Below are positions 27,467-43,188 of a stretch of DNA of 64,000 nt, in pieces. The translations under genes were made by a program, and so were the position numbers. The stretch is from the human T2T-CHM13v2.0 reference genome, Homo sapiens, in assembly GCF_009914755.1 (NCBI RefSeq), contig NC_060934.1, one strand, 5' to 3'. Below the pieces are notes generated by a model. It was given only the letters and a program-made list of their open reading frames with translations. It was not told the DNA's origin and ran no database searches. Position 1 is the stretch's first letter. Every line of letters begins with the position of its first letter.

Positions 27467-29699
27467 GGGGGGGTCCTAGCCTCCAGGTCCCTCCCCAGAG
27501 TCCAGACCCATCAGGCAGTGGTGAGGTTGGCTCTGGGGTGCTGGGCAGGGGGTGTGGGGCCCTGGAGCCTCCGCCCTCTTCCTCCCTCCCACTCAGCCTC
27601 TCTGCGGCTTGCACCCCTATCCCTGTGTCTCCACTCTCCCACTTCCCTCTCAGTTCCTCTCTGGCCATTGTGGCTCACTGATGATCACCTTCTGATGTGC
27701 TGATGTTCATGTACTTGGACTCTCTCCTCCTCTGTCTTTGCTTTGTTGCCATCTATTGGCACCTGTGTCTGTGTCTCCCTCACTATGAACTTTGTGTCCA
27801 TCCTGGCCCCACTCAGGTTTCTCTGGGAACCCAGGGCCTCCCAGTCGGAGTGAGCAAGGCCCACCTCCCACCCTTCCTGCAGGGCCAGGCCCTGTCCCTG
27901 CTCCTACCCAGCCTCTCCTCCCCCCAACTCTCTCCATGAGGTGCTCGAGGGTCATGCTGGGCTTCCAGCAGGTCACAGAAGGACACCAAGGAGGAGGCCG
28001 CCATGTGCCCATGCTTGCTGCAGAGGGACAGGCGCAGGGGCTGCTCTCACAGCCGGTGCACTCTGCACTTGTCTTCTTCAGGCCAGCACCAGGGACTGGG
28101 CACCTACCCCAGATGGACTCCTGCCATCCCAGGAACAAGACCTCCTGGGAAGGAGAGCAGAAAATAAGGCAGGGGAGGAAGCGGGAGGCAAGATAGGGAC
28201 ATGGGACATGGGCAGAGCTGGGAAAGAACAGAAAATGATTTTGCATCTGTGGAAAGATGCTGCCTGGCCAGCGGGATGGTGTGGATAGGCCCATGTGTTG
28301 CTGCCAAGCCCTGCTCCCCTGGGTGATTAACAGAAACGAGGCAGTGGGGAGGAGGGAAAGAGAAAAATGCCTTCTACCTCCATGTGTCCCGAGTTTGAGC
28401 CCTGCGCCGGCTTGAATGGCCCAGACACTGGGGAGGAGGTTCAGCATGGGAGCATCCCCATGCTGAAATAAAGCTCCAGGAATCCAGGCCTGGGTTTTGG
28501 GGTTCAGACAGTATGTGTTTTTCTTACCACAAGCCAGAACCATGATCCCTCTGGAAAAGGTCGACTCCACAGCTGTTTAAAAATCCCCTGGGACTTGGAG
28601 ATAAATGATCTGAGTCAGGCTGTGCTAACAGCTCCGTTTTGGAGCCAAGCAGGAGGTGGGCCACCGCTCCGTCCTCAGGCCCATCCATCACTGCGCGGCC
28701 ACAATCTCAGGGGCCACCAGCCTCTCTGACCATGCTGTTTCCATTAGAGCATGATTGTGAAACTTTCAGAAGAGAGAGGCTGGCAAAGAACTCAGGCCAG
28801 GAGAGCCGCCCGGCCCACACCAGGGCAGAAGGCTTTCAAGGTCTCACCCTTGCCCCTCATGGGTGGGGCTGGGCTGGTTTTCCGCCAGATGGTCCCTGTG
28901 GAGATGCAGGAACATTCCCTAACCCGGGAGCCACCTCGGAGGGGAGGGAGAAGAGGGAGAGCTCACCTAGATGGCTCCACGCACCTGTCCCGGCCCGGCT
29001 TCCACTGGGCTTAACACATTCCCCCATGAAATCATGTGCATGCAGCCAAAGCAATACCAACAGGGAAATACTTTTTATTTTAACCTCAGGCTCTCACAAC
29101 CAAAGTGGGTTTGCTCAGTGTGGTAAGGGAGTACGGTGTTTGCAGTGGCCCAGGACAACTGGGGGTGCCAGGGAGGCCCCGCACAGAGGAACATTTGGGG
29201 AGCATCAGAGACAGGAGGAAAGTGCCCCTGCAAGGGCCCACAGAGATGGGAAGCCCCCAGCTGCTGCGGCCTCTTTAGCTTGGCTAAAGAGGGATTATGC
29301 ACCTGTTTAATCTGGAGAGAAACGCTGCCTGCAAGTTATGGCTGTTTTGCTCTAACACACGCCATTAACTATTCCTGGAATCCAAATGGAAAAGGAACAA
29401 AATAAACCACTTTGAAGTCCCAGGCTAGGGCTGATCTGGTGGGGGTGGGGTTCGGGTCCAGTTGGATGGTCTGGGCAGTGAGGGCTCTGGGCGGGGGCCG
29501 CCCCTTGCACTCTAATTGGGTGTGTCTGGGCACCTGTTTGTCCTGACATCTGCAGGAACTGGGGGGAGAGAAGGATGGCCTCCTGGGTGCAGCTACCGCC
29601 TACACTGGAGGAGGGAAGGAAGAGCCTCTGGCCAGGGTGTGCCTGGGTGGATTGACTTCCTGAGAGCTCAGGCCACCCCCATCTGCAGTGAGGCAGATG

Positions 29700-29905
29700 C
29701 TGTCACGGCACTAAATGCTGCAGATGCATGAACTCATTTAATCCTCGCAACAAACCTACAAAGTGGGTATCCTGATTGCCCCCATGTTACAGATGAGAAG
29801 ACCAAGGCACAGAGAAATAAAGTGGCTTCCCTAAGGCACACAGCAAGGAAGCAGCAGGGCCAGGATTTGAACTCCCAGTCTGGCTGCAAAGTCCCTGTCC
29901 TTAAC
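29700..29905. mobile_element. MIR
   Basis: CTCATTTAATCCTC...CCCATGTTACAGATGAG...CAGGATTTGAACTCCCAGTCTGGCT. Confidence 0.85.
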
Positions 29906-31529
29906 CAGGACATGCCCCTGTCTCTTTAACTGCATTTTAAAACCAGTTATTTGGCCCAAGAGATGTTCAGTAGTCATGCCCCGCCCCAGCTGGCTCTCAA
30001 CCCCTGGAAGATTCCCCAAAGCCTGGGATCAGCTTTCTCTCCGGGCTAAACACCCCCTCCTGGCCCCAAATCACCCCAGCGCCTGTTTCCTGCGGTATTC
30101 CCCACCTCGGGAAGTGGAAGAGTCATGCAAAGCTTGACGGCCCCTATGAAGCAAACACAGGAAAGGCCAACGCCCCCCACCGGCCAGTCCCAGGATTTAC
30201 TGAGATCATGAATAACAGGTTTCTTTAAGGCAGCTGTGAAGGCGGTACCCCCCCCAACCACCTGTCACCCCCAGCCTTGGGTGCCAATGGGAGACTCCGA
30301 GGACCAAAGGGCTGGCGTGGTGGAGTGAAACTGCCCCCTCTAACCTCTCCAAGGATCAGACACCACGTCCTGCATTTCCTTACAGCTGTCTTCCTTTCCC
30401 CAAGGCCAGAGCTAGTCTTTCTTGGAATCCTGGGAAGAGGCCTCTTTGACCCAAACTCACCCTCACCACCTGCTGAAAGTGTCCACATCATGGAACCCTC
30501 TGGAATGTGGTCTTCTTTTCTCCAAGTGACTCATCCAGCCTCCGCACTGTTACCAGAAATACCTTTCCAACACACAAATCAGATTAGGCCTCTCCCCTGC
30601 TTCAAACAATTTCAAATCTCTTGGCGCCAGCTTTCCACAGGAAACAGCCCAAATGTCTTATGATGTCCTACTAGGCCAATCCCCTGGCCTCTGCCTACTT
30701 TAGCCAGAGCAGAATGACCATCATTGTTTCCAGGCATCAATTATGCTGCCTTCCCTGCCAGTGACCCCTCAGCCTGGTATACATCTCTTACTCATCCCTC
30801 AAATACCCATTTGAACATCTCCTTCAGGGCCTATACTCATCCACTTCTCTCCGTGGGCAAAAAAAAACCTAGCAGAACCCTTTGCACATACATCTTACCA
30901 TAACCCCTTGTGTCTCACTCATTCATTGAAATGTCTGTTTTTCCACTCTAACGAGCTTAAGAGAAGGAGGCTTAATCTTTGTATTTTCAGCACCCAGTAT
31001 CAACAAGGCTGTTGAAATGCAAATATTTGGGAGAAACCCCTTGAACCAATAATCTCCAAAACCAACAATATGAATGCATTTATTTAGTTAGCTCTAGCAG
31101 AGAACATACTTGGAGACATCCACTTCTGGGCTGTGGGAGTTGTGATGTGACGGGAAGGAAACCTGTGCTCTAGGATAGAGTCTTGCCGTGGGGCTGGGAC
31201 TCCTGAGACAGCTACAGGGACTGGGCAAGCTAGAGGGCAAAAACCACCCTTCATTAGGCTTTCCCCAGCCCAGCCCTGCACAAGGGAACCCATTCTGCCC
31301 CCTGACTCATCTACTGAAGGCCCTTCCTCTCCCACCGAGGCTTAAAACCTGGCCATTGGTGTCTGCCTCCTGACATTACAGAAAGCAGCCCTGGACACCT
31401 CCTCCAGGTACCTTGCAGGTAAGTATAGGCCCTCCCCATCTCCAGCTCCTCTTGGTAGAGGCAGGGGGCAGACAAAGGCCTAGGCAAATAGAGAAGGGTC
31501 CCCAGAGAATCTCTGACCTGCCCCAAAAG

Positions 31530-31884
31530 TGTTTACACCAGAAGTTTTGTGCAGGTAAGGGAACCTGCACAAGGGGCCTGCCTGGGTCCACCCACAGCAG
31601 ACTGGAGGCCCACATGTGCTGGGGTAATGGGGTGGAGTCACCAGGAATTGTCACCTTATGCAGGGGGAGGAGCCTGGCCTCTTCAGCTCATGTTGGGGGG
31701 CCCTGGTATTCAATTTGGGAGCTGGAAACCTGCTTGCAAGACCCCCTCTCTTTGCTGAGAGCTTTTCTTTTGCTTCATAAATTCTGCCCTCCTCACCCTT
31801 CAATGTGTCCGCATGCTTAATTTTTTCCTGGTCGTCAGACAAGAACTCGGATTTAGCTGAACTAAAGAGCAAAACTCCAGCATC
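31530..31884 (+). mobile_element. MER61-family ERV1 solo LTR
   Basis: GGGAACCTGCACAAGGG...GGGGAGGAGCCTGGCCTCTTCAGCTC...CCTCACCCTTCAATGTGTCCGC...GACAAGAACTCGGATTTAGCTGAACTAA. Confidence 0.75.
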
Positions 31885-32090
31885 TCTGTCCTGTGAGCAG
31901 CATGTTCCTTTCCCTGATGTCTCCACCTCAGATGCCTCTGGTCTGGAAGTCATTTCAGCTGACTAGCTGGAGACTAGCTGTGGCGCCATAGAAAACACTG
32001 CCTTTGGAGCCAAATCAATGGGAGTTTAAATTCTGTCTCAGCCTCAGTCTCAGTTTCCTCATCTGCAAAGTGAGAGTAAAGAATCACTCC

Positions 32091-32361
<271 letters not shown>

Positions 32362-35300
32362 TCACCCCCAAGGGTTGGTGTGAGAAGCAGAGATGATGTG
32401 CGCAGAGCCTCGGTGAGCAGTACCTGCTCACTCTGGGGTCCCATGGCCTCCTTGCCCTTCCCTTAACGATGGTGAATGGCAGCTAACCATGGCATTAGGA
32501 CCATGAGCCTGGTCAGAGAGATACGTATGTCCAGGTCACCCCTGAGCCATGCCATGCACAGCACGGACACGAAGGATAGTGTACAATCCCATTTTTGCAA
32601 GAAAAAATAAACATCCACATTCAAATGAATATGCCTAGAAAACATCTGGAAGGACAAATACCAAAATATTAACAGTCTTGGGGTTCTGAGTGACTTTTTT
32701 TCTTTTAGTTATGTATTTATCTACTTTTTTCTCCGTGTGTTGAGTAACAATAAGAACAAAAATTAAACCACATGTGATAGAAATCTGGATGCAATATGGT
32801 CCTTAAATTCAAAGCACCATCTGGGATTTGCATGCCAAAGAATCGTGGTTTACAACTGCAGATGGCCGTAGCCTCCATGTGGAAGGAATTAGGATATCTG
32901 AGCATGTCCTCATCTCAGGAAAGTCCTTGTGTAGACTTAAGGCAAATGCCACTCCCTAAGTCAAGGCTCCCCCATAGCCGCTGCATATAAAGAGGTTTTG
33001 TAACAGTGATAGCACTGTTGCTTAAAACGAATTTTCCATTAGATAAGTAGTTTTTTGGATTTAATTAAGTTGTGGTTCTAATTCATTAGGTAAGCTCTGT
33101 GTCGAAAACTCTAGGAAAACTTGTAAAACAAAGTCATTCTGCAGTTCAGACTCTTGCTTCCTTGTATCTTTCTATTTTATAAATTTCCACATTAGTTGAT
33201 TTTCTTGAAGCAAGAAATGCCTCCACTCACTAGTGAAAACTGGTCCTATTAGGACAAACTCCACCACATTTATTTCAGGATAAATCTCTGACGCTGTGGC
33301 CTCCCTCTTTGGCATCGATATGCTGGAATGCACCACAGCAAGGGAGGTGATGACATTTCTGTGTCTATGAAAAGCATATGAAGCAATTTTATGGGGTAGT
33401 TTCTCATCAGGCCTGCTCAGAGTCAAGGCAATAGACTAAATTAACTCTTGACAGCCTTTTCGGTTCTGCAAGTCTATCAGATTTATTGTAGAGAGGCATT
33501 TTTTTTTTTGTAGTTTCTTATCCCTCCATGAAAATGAAATCAGAGAAACATTTGGCCTGAATTATTTTAGCATAAAGATCAGCCAAGTTCAGGTGCCAAA
33601 GATTCAAAATAAGAGTTATGAATCATAATAAAAATAACCTCTTCAAGAGGCAAAGTAATCCTCAAAGTAAGACCATCTAAGATCTATCCACAAATAAAAA
33701 TTTTACAGCATAAACTATTTTTAAGGCCTATTTAATTCAACTCAGTTATATCTTCAATAACCTAGATTCTTTTAGTTTCTCTGCTACGTCTAACATTTTG
33801 CCCTTCTTCTCATGGTCACAAGATGGCTGCAATGATTTAGAATCATCACATCCTCAAGCAGAAATGTCCAAAAGCATATTCCTAAATCAATCACAGATGA
33901 GAAGAATGGATTTACAGTGAAATGATTTATGAATCCCTGTCTAGGGCTAGGAAGGAGACCTTCCTTTTTCTAAACAGTGGTGTTGGTACTTGAACAAAAT
34001 CGGCATTTGTTAAGAAGGAAAAAGGAAAGATGGGATGGTGGGTAGCCTACTAGGAAGAACTGTCACAAAGATGGATATGAAATTTATAAGTGACAACACT
34101 AGCCAGAAGACAACAGAGACATTCACTTACAGTTCTAGGAAAGAAATAATCCAAACCTGAAAAGCTATACCCAGCCAAACTATCAAATAGGAGAGAAAAA
34201 TAAAGTCAGTTTCAGGTAGGAAGAAATCAGAAAATTTGTCTTCCATAACCTTTTTGAAGAATAAAAAAAAGTATCTGATGATGTATTCCATCACAGCAAA
34301 ACAGGAATCCAAGAAAGAGGAATATCTATGATCCAGCAAAAAGTGAAATTAACCAAGAAATGCAATGGAAATAAATCTTAGCTGGAAACTCTGCAGCAGG
34401 TCTAGAAAACAATAGTTCAAAACTAAAATGAGAAGTACCAAAAGACTCACCATGTATGTCTTTAAATGCAAGTGGGTTTCATTATGCAATTCTATTATTA
34501 GGAACCTAGAAATTTCTGATCAGATGAGAGCATATGTTTCTTCTGTCAACAACAGCAACAAAAGTAAAACAGCTAGAAACTCCAGGGAACATAAGTAGCT
34601 GTACAACATCAGAGTACAAACATGAAGCAGAATTAAAAGTGTCCCAATATTGAGCACTTGATTTTAATTTTAAAAAGAATCCATTTGGCCGTGAGGATTA
34701 CAAAGTTTCCTCCAAGTGGCCCAGTTTAGTGAAATAAGATAACATTTTTTTTCCTATGAACATAGTCATACTTTTGGGGGGTTCATCAGCAGATGACATT
34801 TATATCACTGTAACCTTGCAAATGCCATTTTTTGCTTTATAGCTTTATAATCAGCATATAGACAAAGTGAGGGAGATTTATAGTCACAGAACAAAGTGTC
34901 AAGGTTACAAATCTTGAAGATTTAAAATTAATGTTACAGCTGATAGAAGCTGAGAAAGTTAAGGAAGAAAGTAGGAAAAATGAAGGTGTGTCAATTTCTT
35001 ATTTATTTAGGGAAAGGAGTGAATAAATATGGTCTGAATGTTATGAATTTGGAAATAAAAATTTAACAATGAATTTAGAAACTGAAAATTTTAAAATTTA
35101 ACAAAGTAGTATCAATGGACACTTAAATGCCCTAATTATAATCTCTCACTACCATTTTCTACCAAGAGTAAACATAACTTCTTGGAGAAATAGTTAATCC
35201 AGGCCTGTGGCACCCACAAATGTATCCCATGAGCCTGGACCATCTATTCATACCAGAAAATGAGGAAAGTGCCAAAGACCTGAGGTCAGAGGGAATTGGG

Positions 35301-35629
35301 AATGACTTGAAAACGCTTTCATTGGCCAAAGACGGGACAATTTGAACATCAATAAGAATTGAAATGCAAGGGTCTAAAACACATCAAACATGAGTTCATC
35401 GTGATACTAAATGAAAAAGGAACTCAGCAATAACCATTAGAGGAAGCTAGGGAACAAACTCATCATTTAAAAACCGGTAATGAAACAAGTTTTAAAGGAA
35501 TTAAGAATCAAGCAATTATTTCTGCTTTTTCTGTATTTTAGGATAACCAAATAATCAAAGGAGAAATTCTTTCTAGAGAAGCATTTCAACTATTAAAGAA
35601 ATAAGGACTGAGAGAAGATCACTACCCTT

Positions 35630-36133
35630 TTCATTCTTTATTTATTTGTATTTGTATACATTTGTGGAATATAAGTGCAATTTTGTTACATGCATAGATT
35701 ACATAATGGTCAAGTCAGCTTTTAGGGTATCCATCGCCCAAATAACGTACATTGTACCCATTAAGTAATTTCTCTCCATCCACTCCTCTTCCACCCCTTC
35801 ACCTTTCCAAATCTCCATTGTCTATCATTCCACCCTCCACTTCCATGTGTATACATTATTTAGATCCCACTTATGAGTGAGAACATGTGGTATTTGTCTT
35901 TCTGTGTTTGACCTGTTTTACTTAAGATAATGACGTCCAGTTCCAACCATGTTGCTGAAAAAGACATAATTTCATTATTTTTTGTGGATGAATAGTATAT
36001 CATTCATATACTATGAAAATGTAGTGTACATAAACTACATTTTCTTTACCCAATTATCCATTGGTTGACACTTAGGTTGATTCTATGTTTTTGCTATTGT
36101 GAATAGTGCTGCAGTAAACATAGGTATGCAGGT
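35630..36133 (-). mobile_element. L1MA-type 3' fragment with TSD
   Basis: Antisense L1 3'UTR; TSD ATC(A/G)CTACCCTT at 35618 and 36134. Confidence 0.88.
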
Positions 36134-36640
36134 ATCGCTACCCTTAATGAATGAAAGGATCAAGGCAACAGTCATCAAGTGCTGCTGGAATAATTCAAAG
36201 AGAGACAACCAGACATGACGTACCTCCTGGTGGAAGGCAACAGCATTGTGTATAAAGTATTCCAGCCAGAAAATTAAATCTCAATCTCAGCAAGTCTTTA
36301 GAGCTAATTACCAATTTATAGGAAGTCTGAGGGATAGAAGAACACGTTAAATGACACCACTGAGTTGCAATTATCAAAATCCAGATGGTGGAAACTCTAC
36401 AAGTCAAATAACACAGTGTCTTCAATAAATAATATTGCCATAGGAAGAAAAAGAAGAGTGAGGACCTATAGATTAAGAGTCTAAAGAGACGTGTAAATTG
36501 ATTGTAGTATAAGGACTGTATTTAGATACATCTTTGAACACAGAGAAAAAGAGAGTAAAATTTCAATAGTCACTGGCTATTAAGGAATTATTTTTTTTAG
36601 GTGTGGTAATGGCATTGAGGTTATGCTTTCTTGAGCATCC

Positions 36641-38277
<1,637 letters not shown>

Positions 38278-38849
38278 GATGAGAATGCTTATTTTTTTAA
38301 GACATACATACTGAAATATGTAGATAAAATGATACAATGTCTAAGATTTGTTTCAAAATAATTGGTGGAGGGGAGTGCGTGGAGATACAGATGAAGCAAG
38401 TTGACTATGAGTTTGTAATAGAAGCAGAAGGCTGGGTATATAGAGGCTTACTGTAGTCTTTTCTCTGCTTTTGTATATGCTTGAAAATTTCCATATTTAA
38501 AAAATTTAAGGAGATAAAAGCCTAAGTATGTTATTTAAAGCTAAAAGTTAACCACTGGAAAATCCAAAGTATGATGTAACTATCAAATATCAAGAGACAG
38601 AAGCAGAGGGTTGGTAGGACTTAGTGGAAGAGCAGTCAATTCCTCATCCTTTGAGAGGAGGTTGCAGACACTACAGAGGAACAATCAAGGTATAGAGAGT
38701 TACATCAATGATTTAGAATTACAGAGACAACCACTACAAACACTTGGTATTTGTTAAGGGGAGGAGGACAGGAAAAAGGAGGTTTCCCTTCTCATTTTCT
38801 ATAATTTTCTGGTGTGTGATGCTTTTAACTTATGCACCTATTACTTTTT

Positions 38850-40420
38850 TATAGCGGTAAAATACATGTAACATAAAATTTACAATTTTAATCATTTTTA
38901 GGTGTATGATTCAGTGGCATTAAGTACATTCACAGCGTTGTGCAACCATCTCCAATATCCATTTCCACAACTTTTTTCATCATCCCAAATGGAAACTCAT
39001 TAAACAAAATAACTCAATTTCTCCCTTTCCTCAGCCCCTGGTAACCACTATTCTTGCTGTCTTTATGAATTTGCCTATTCTAGTGCCTCGTATAAGTGAA
39101 ATCATACAATATTTGTCTATTCATGTCTGGATTATTTCACTTAGCAGAATGTTTTCAAGGTTCATCCATGTCATATCATGTATCAAAACTTTATTCCCTT
39201 TTCATTGTGATAAAGTCAACATTACATAAAATTTACTATTTTAATTATTTTTAGCTGTACAGTTCAGTAGCATTAAGTATGCTCACATTGTTGTACAACT
39301 GTCACCCCATCTATTTCCAGAACTTTTTCATCTTCCCAAACAGAAGCTCTGTATTCATTAAACAATAACTACCCCTTCCCTTTTCCTCTTCGCCTCTGGC
39401 AGCCACCATTCCATTTTCTGTCTCTATGAATTTGACTACTCTAGGTACCTCATGTTAATGGAATTGTACAGTATTAGTACTTTTCTGTCTGGCTTATTTC
39501 ACTTAGTGTAATGTTTTCAAGGTTCATCCATGTTGTAGTATGTGTCAGAATTTTATTCCGTTTTAGGGCTTCATAATTTTCCATTGTATGTTTATGTCAT
39601 ATTTTGTTTATCCATTCATCTGTTTATAGACATTTGTTTCCACTTTTTGGTTATTGTAAATAATGCTGCTATGAACACTGCTGTGCAAATATCTCTTCAG
39701 GTCCCTGCTTTCAATTCTTTTGGGTATATGCCTAGGACAGGAATTGCTGAATTGTATGGTAATTCTATACTTAACTTTTTGAGGAACTGCCATGCTGTAT
39801 TTCACAGCGGTTGCACTATTTTATATTCCCACCAGTGAGGGGGAACCCCACAAGGGTTCCAATTTCTCCACTTCTTTGCCAACACTTGCTATTTTCTGGA
39901 TTTTATAATAAGAGTCATTCTAATAGGTGTGAAGTGATATCTCATTTTGGCTTTGATTTGCATTTCCCTAATGACTAGTGATATTTAATATCTTTTCACA
40001 TGCTTATTAGTCAATTGTATCTCTTCTTTGAATAAATGTCTATTAGAGTCCTTAGTCCATTTTTTAAATCAAGTTATTTGATTTTTTGTTTTTGAGTTGT
40101 AGGAACTCTTTACATATTCTGGATGTTAATCTCGAATCAGACATGATTTGCAAATATTTTTTCCCATTCTGTGGGTTGCCTTTTTACTCTGCTATTGTGT
40201 CCTTTGATCCATAAGAGTTTTTAATTTTGATGAAATTCAGTTTATTTTTTCTTTTGTTTCCTATGATTTTGGTGTGAGGTCTAAGAGTTATTGCCAAATC
40301 CATTGTTATGAACCTTTCTTCCTACATTTTCTTCAAAGAGTTTTATACTTTTAACTTTTATATTTAGGTTTTTCATCCATTTTGAGTAAATTTTTTTACA
40401 TGGTGCAAGGTAAAGGTGCA
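38850..40420 (-). mobile_element. Two adjacent L1MB-type 3' fragments (~38850-39205 and ~39205-40420)
   Basis: ACATAAAATTTAC...TTCAGT(G/A)GCATTAAGTA 3'-end motif occurs twice. Confidence 0.85.
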
Positions 40421-41721
40421 CATATTACTTTTAAAGTTTAAGATAAACAAGAAAATAATATGTAAAATTATTTGTGTCACTAATTCAACAGAATGATGGT
40501 TATCTTTATGAAATAACATCTTTGTGAGATTGAAGCAATGCAGTTACTTTTGTTTTTCTCCTCAGAAACTCATAGCTTTGAAAATTACATTGTTCTAACT
40601 TTTCCTCCTTATGTTTTACAATGACCTTTGTTTGAATTGTATTGGAAAGTCCAAAATAGCCACTGACCGAAAGGTTAACAATGACTGTCTTCCACAGTGC
40701 TCTGAGAAACCTCAGCCCTTGACAGAAGTAGGTAGTTTCCAGCCTGCTTGCTACCCAGAAAGTTCAGCTTCTCATTTGGTCCATGAACAGGGATAAACAT
40801 AGATTCTGTAAACCTAGTACACTATACACAGTAGGTGATTAGTAAAATCTGTTTAGTGTTTGTCTGGTTGGTTTGTTGACTATCAGATTCCTGGAACTGA
40901 GCACATCCCATTAACTGTGATGCCAGCAGTTGACCAGCCCACCTATGTGCCAGGATATATCACGGGACACAGAGAGGTCAGCGTTGGCCTCTCTTGGCAG
41001 ATCTCCCAGTTCAGGGAAGGAGGGACTCTGCAAGTTTGTCAAGACTTGCAGTTCTCTCCTCCCCCTTGTCTCTCAGGCTGAGTGTTTAGAGTGATCCTAT
41101 ACCCAGGGTACTAGGAGGACACCAGCAGTCCTCACATTAGCAACCCGTGCTGGAGGCCTCTTCTGGGAGACTGTCACCTTTCTGTAGAACTGTCCTGTGA
41201 AATGCAACAGCTTCCTTTTAGTGTGCACTTCATCATTTCCTTATTACTGTGTCATCTAATGCTAATAATAACCTGGGAAGGTCGGTGTTTTGGTCCCATT
41301 TTACAGTTGAGGAATCTTAGGGTTAATAAGCATGTTTAAGATTACACAGATGGAAGACAAGTCCAAGTCTGGCTGGCTTCAAGGCCCTTCTCTGGACCCT
41401 CACAGTATCTAGGCAGTCCCTGATTTCCAGCTTGCATGTCACTGCACTCAGCCTCCAACACTGTCAGGACATGTTATGAAGGATCATTACCCAGAGGCCT
41501 ATCATCACTCCTTGATTTAGGCTGCAGGGCCTCCACCGTTCAGCAGTAATAGGGGGAAACCACGCCCCAAGTTTAGAGGCAGGTCTTCAGGTCTGCCACC
41601 TCCCCTCTGCCCTTACCCATCAAGCTACCCCTGGTGGTGGGAAATGGTGAGAAAAGACAGAAATAAGAAAGATTAAAGAGACCCTGTTCCCACATCCTCC
41701 CAACTGAAGTCCCTTACCAAT

Positions 41722-42085
41722 TGTATTAGTCCATTCTCATGCTGCTATAAAGAAATACCCAAGACTGGGTAATTTATAAACAAAAGAGGTTTAATTGATT
41801 CAAAGTTCCACATGGCTGGGGAGGCCTCAGGAAACTTACAATCATGGCAGAAGGTGAAGGGGAAGCAAGGCACGTCTTACATGGTGACAGGAGAGAGAGA
41901 GACTGCAGGGGAAACTTCCACTTTTAAAACCATCTTATCTCGTGAGGACTCCCTCACTATCACAAGAACAGCATGAGGGAACCACCCCCATGATCCAGTC
42001 ATCTCCCACCAGGTCCCTCCCTTGACACGTGGGGATTATAATTCGAGACGAGATTTGGGTAGGGACACAGAACCAAGCCATATCA
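41722..42085 (-). mobile_element. THE1-family MaLR solo LTR
   Basis: TGTATTAGTCCATTCTCATGCTGCTATAAAG ... CCAAGCCATATCA termini, ~364 bp. Confidence 0.93.
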
Positions 42086-42089
42086 GTGC

Positions 42090-42320
42090 TGTACCCAGTT
42101 GCCTGGTACCTGGTCGTGGGTTTATTAGGGCAGGTGGATAGTGGCCCCATAAAGGATTTGGCTGGGTGTGTGGGCTCTGGATTGGTTGGTTTGTATGCAA
42201 AGAACGCATTCACAGGTGAGTTGTTTACTATCTGGGAATTGTCTAACCCTGGAAGGGTTGGTCCCCTCCATGGTCAGTGAGACCCCAGATGCCAAAGCAT
42301 TGAAATACAAAAATAAAAGA
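42090..42320 (-). mobile_element. ERVL LTR fragment (MER74/MER54-like)
   Basis: GGGCTCTGGATTGGTTGGTTTG...CCCCAGATGCCAAAGCAT motifs. Confidence 0.55.
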
Positions 42321-43188
42321 CATGGTGATACAGTGGGGCACTTATCATATGCCAAGGCTCTATGTCACCTAAGCCCCAACAACTCCAAGAGGTTAATAAT
42401 ACTGTCACCTTCTCTTTAGACATGAGATGATAGTCCCAGAGAGACGAAATAACTCTTCCAAGGTCACAAAGCTAGTACATAGTGACATCTGGTCTGATTC
42501 CAAAAGCAGTTTTTTAACCAGTTTCCAAAGAAGCTCCAATATTGAGGAGCTTCTACCAAGGAGGGAGGTATGACTGATATCACGGTTCCTGGCCCTTGAA
42601 CCTGAAGGCCTGGGTGTTCCCTGCCCCATTCCTGATCTCCAACATGTAGGACTTCCCTGGTCTCCCTGGGACCCATATGACTCAGTCCCCTGGTTGGTTT
42701 CTTACCAGGGGGCTGAACCCCCACCCAAAGGCCTGCCCAAGCAAAATTTCAGCCCACAAAGCCAAAAACCAATGAGGCTGTTGTCCCTTTGGTCAAGCAG
42801 ATAACCCAGCGGTCAAGGCTATGAGCTCTTAAGGCCAATCACGAAGTTCCAAGCCCCAGAAAGAGTCCCTGTAGTCAAACCCACCCCACTGCTCTACTGA
42901 TGCAACTTGAAGCAACACTGACCAGCCTACTAGGATACTAACCCAAGCACCATGAGGGCTCACAGTGCCAATGACATTCCTCAGTGCCCTCAGTGCTGGG
43001 CATTACTGATTTTGCAGTCATCCACTTCTTCGTTCTACCTCCTCCCTCCTTCCATGCACCTGCAGAGACCAACCCAGAGCAGGGTTCCCCAGCCCCCACC
43101 CCCACCACAGCCCTGGCACTGCTGAGGAGCAGGTGGGTGGCTTTGCAATGCATTTACTCTCAGATGCCGCCACTGAGGCACAGAAATA

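Noticed and set aside
27707-28570. 287-aa minus-strand ORF
   Set aside because: Non-ATG start, GC-rich composition and no recognisable domain; only the duplicated sub-segment is kept as a finding
28639-29310. 223-aa plus-strand ORF
   Set aside because: TTG start, unremarkable composition, no recognised motif
31574-31593. p53 response element expected in MER61 LTRs
   Set aside because: Reads GGGCCTGCCT GGGTCCACCC; both CWWG cores are broken
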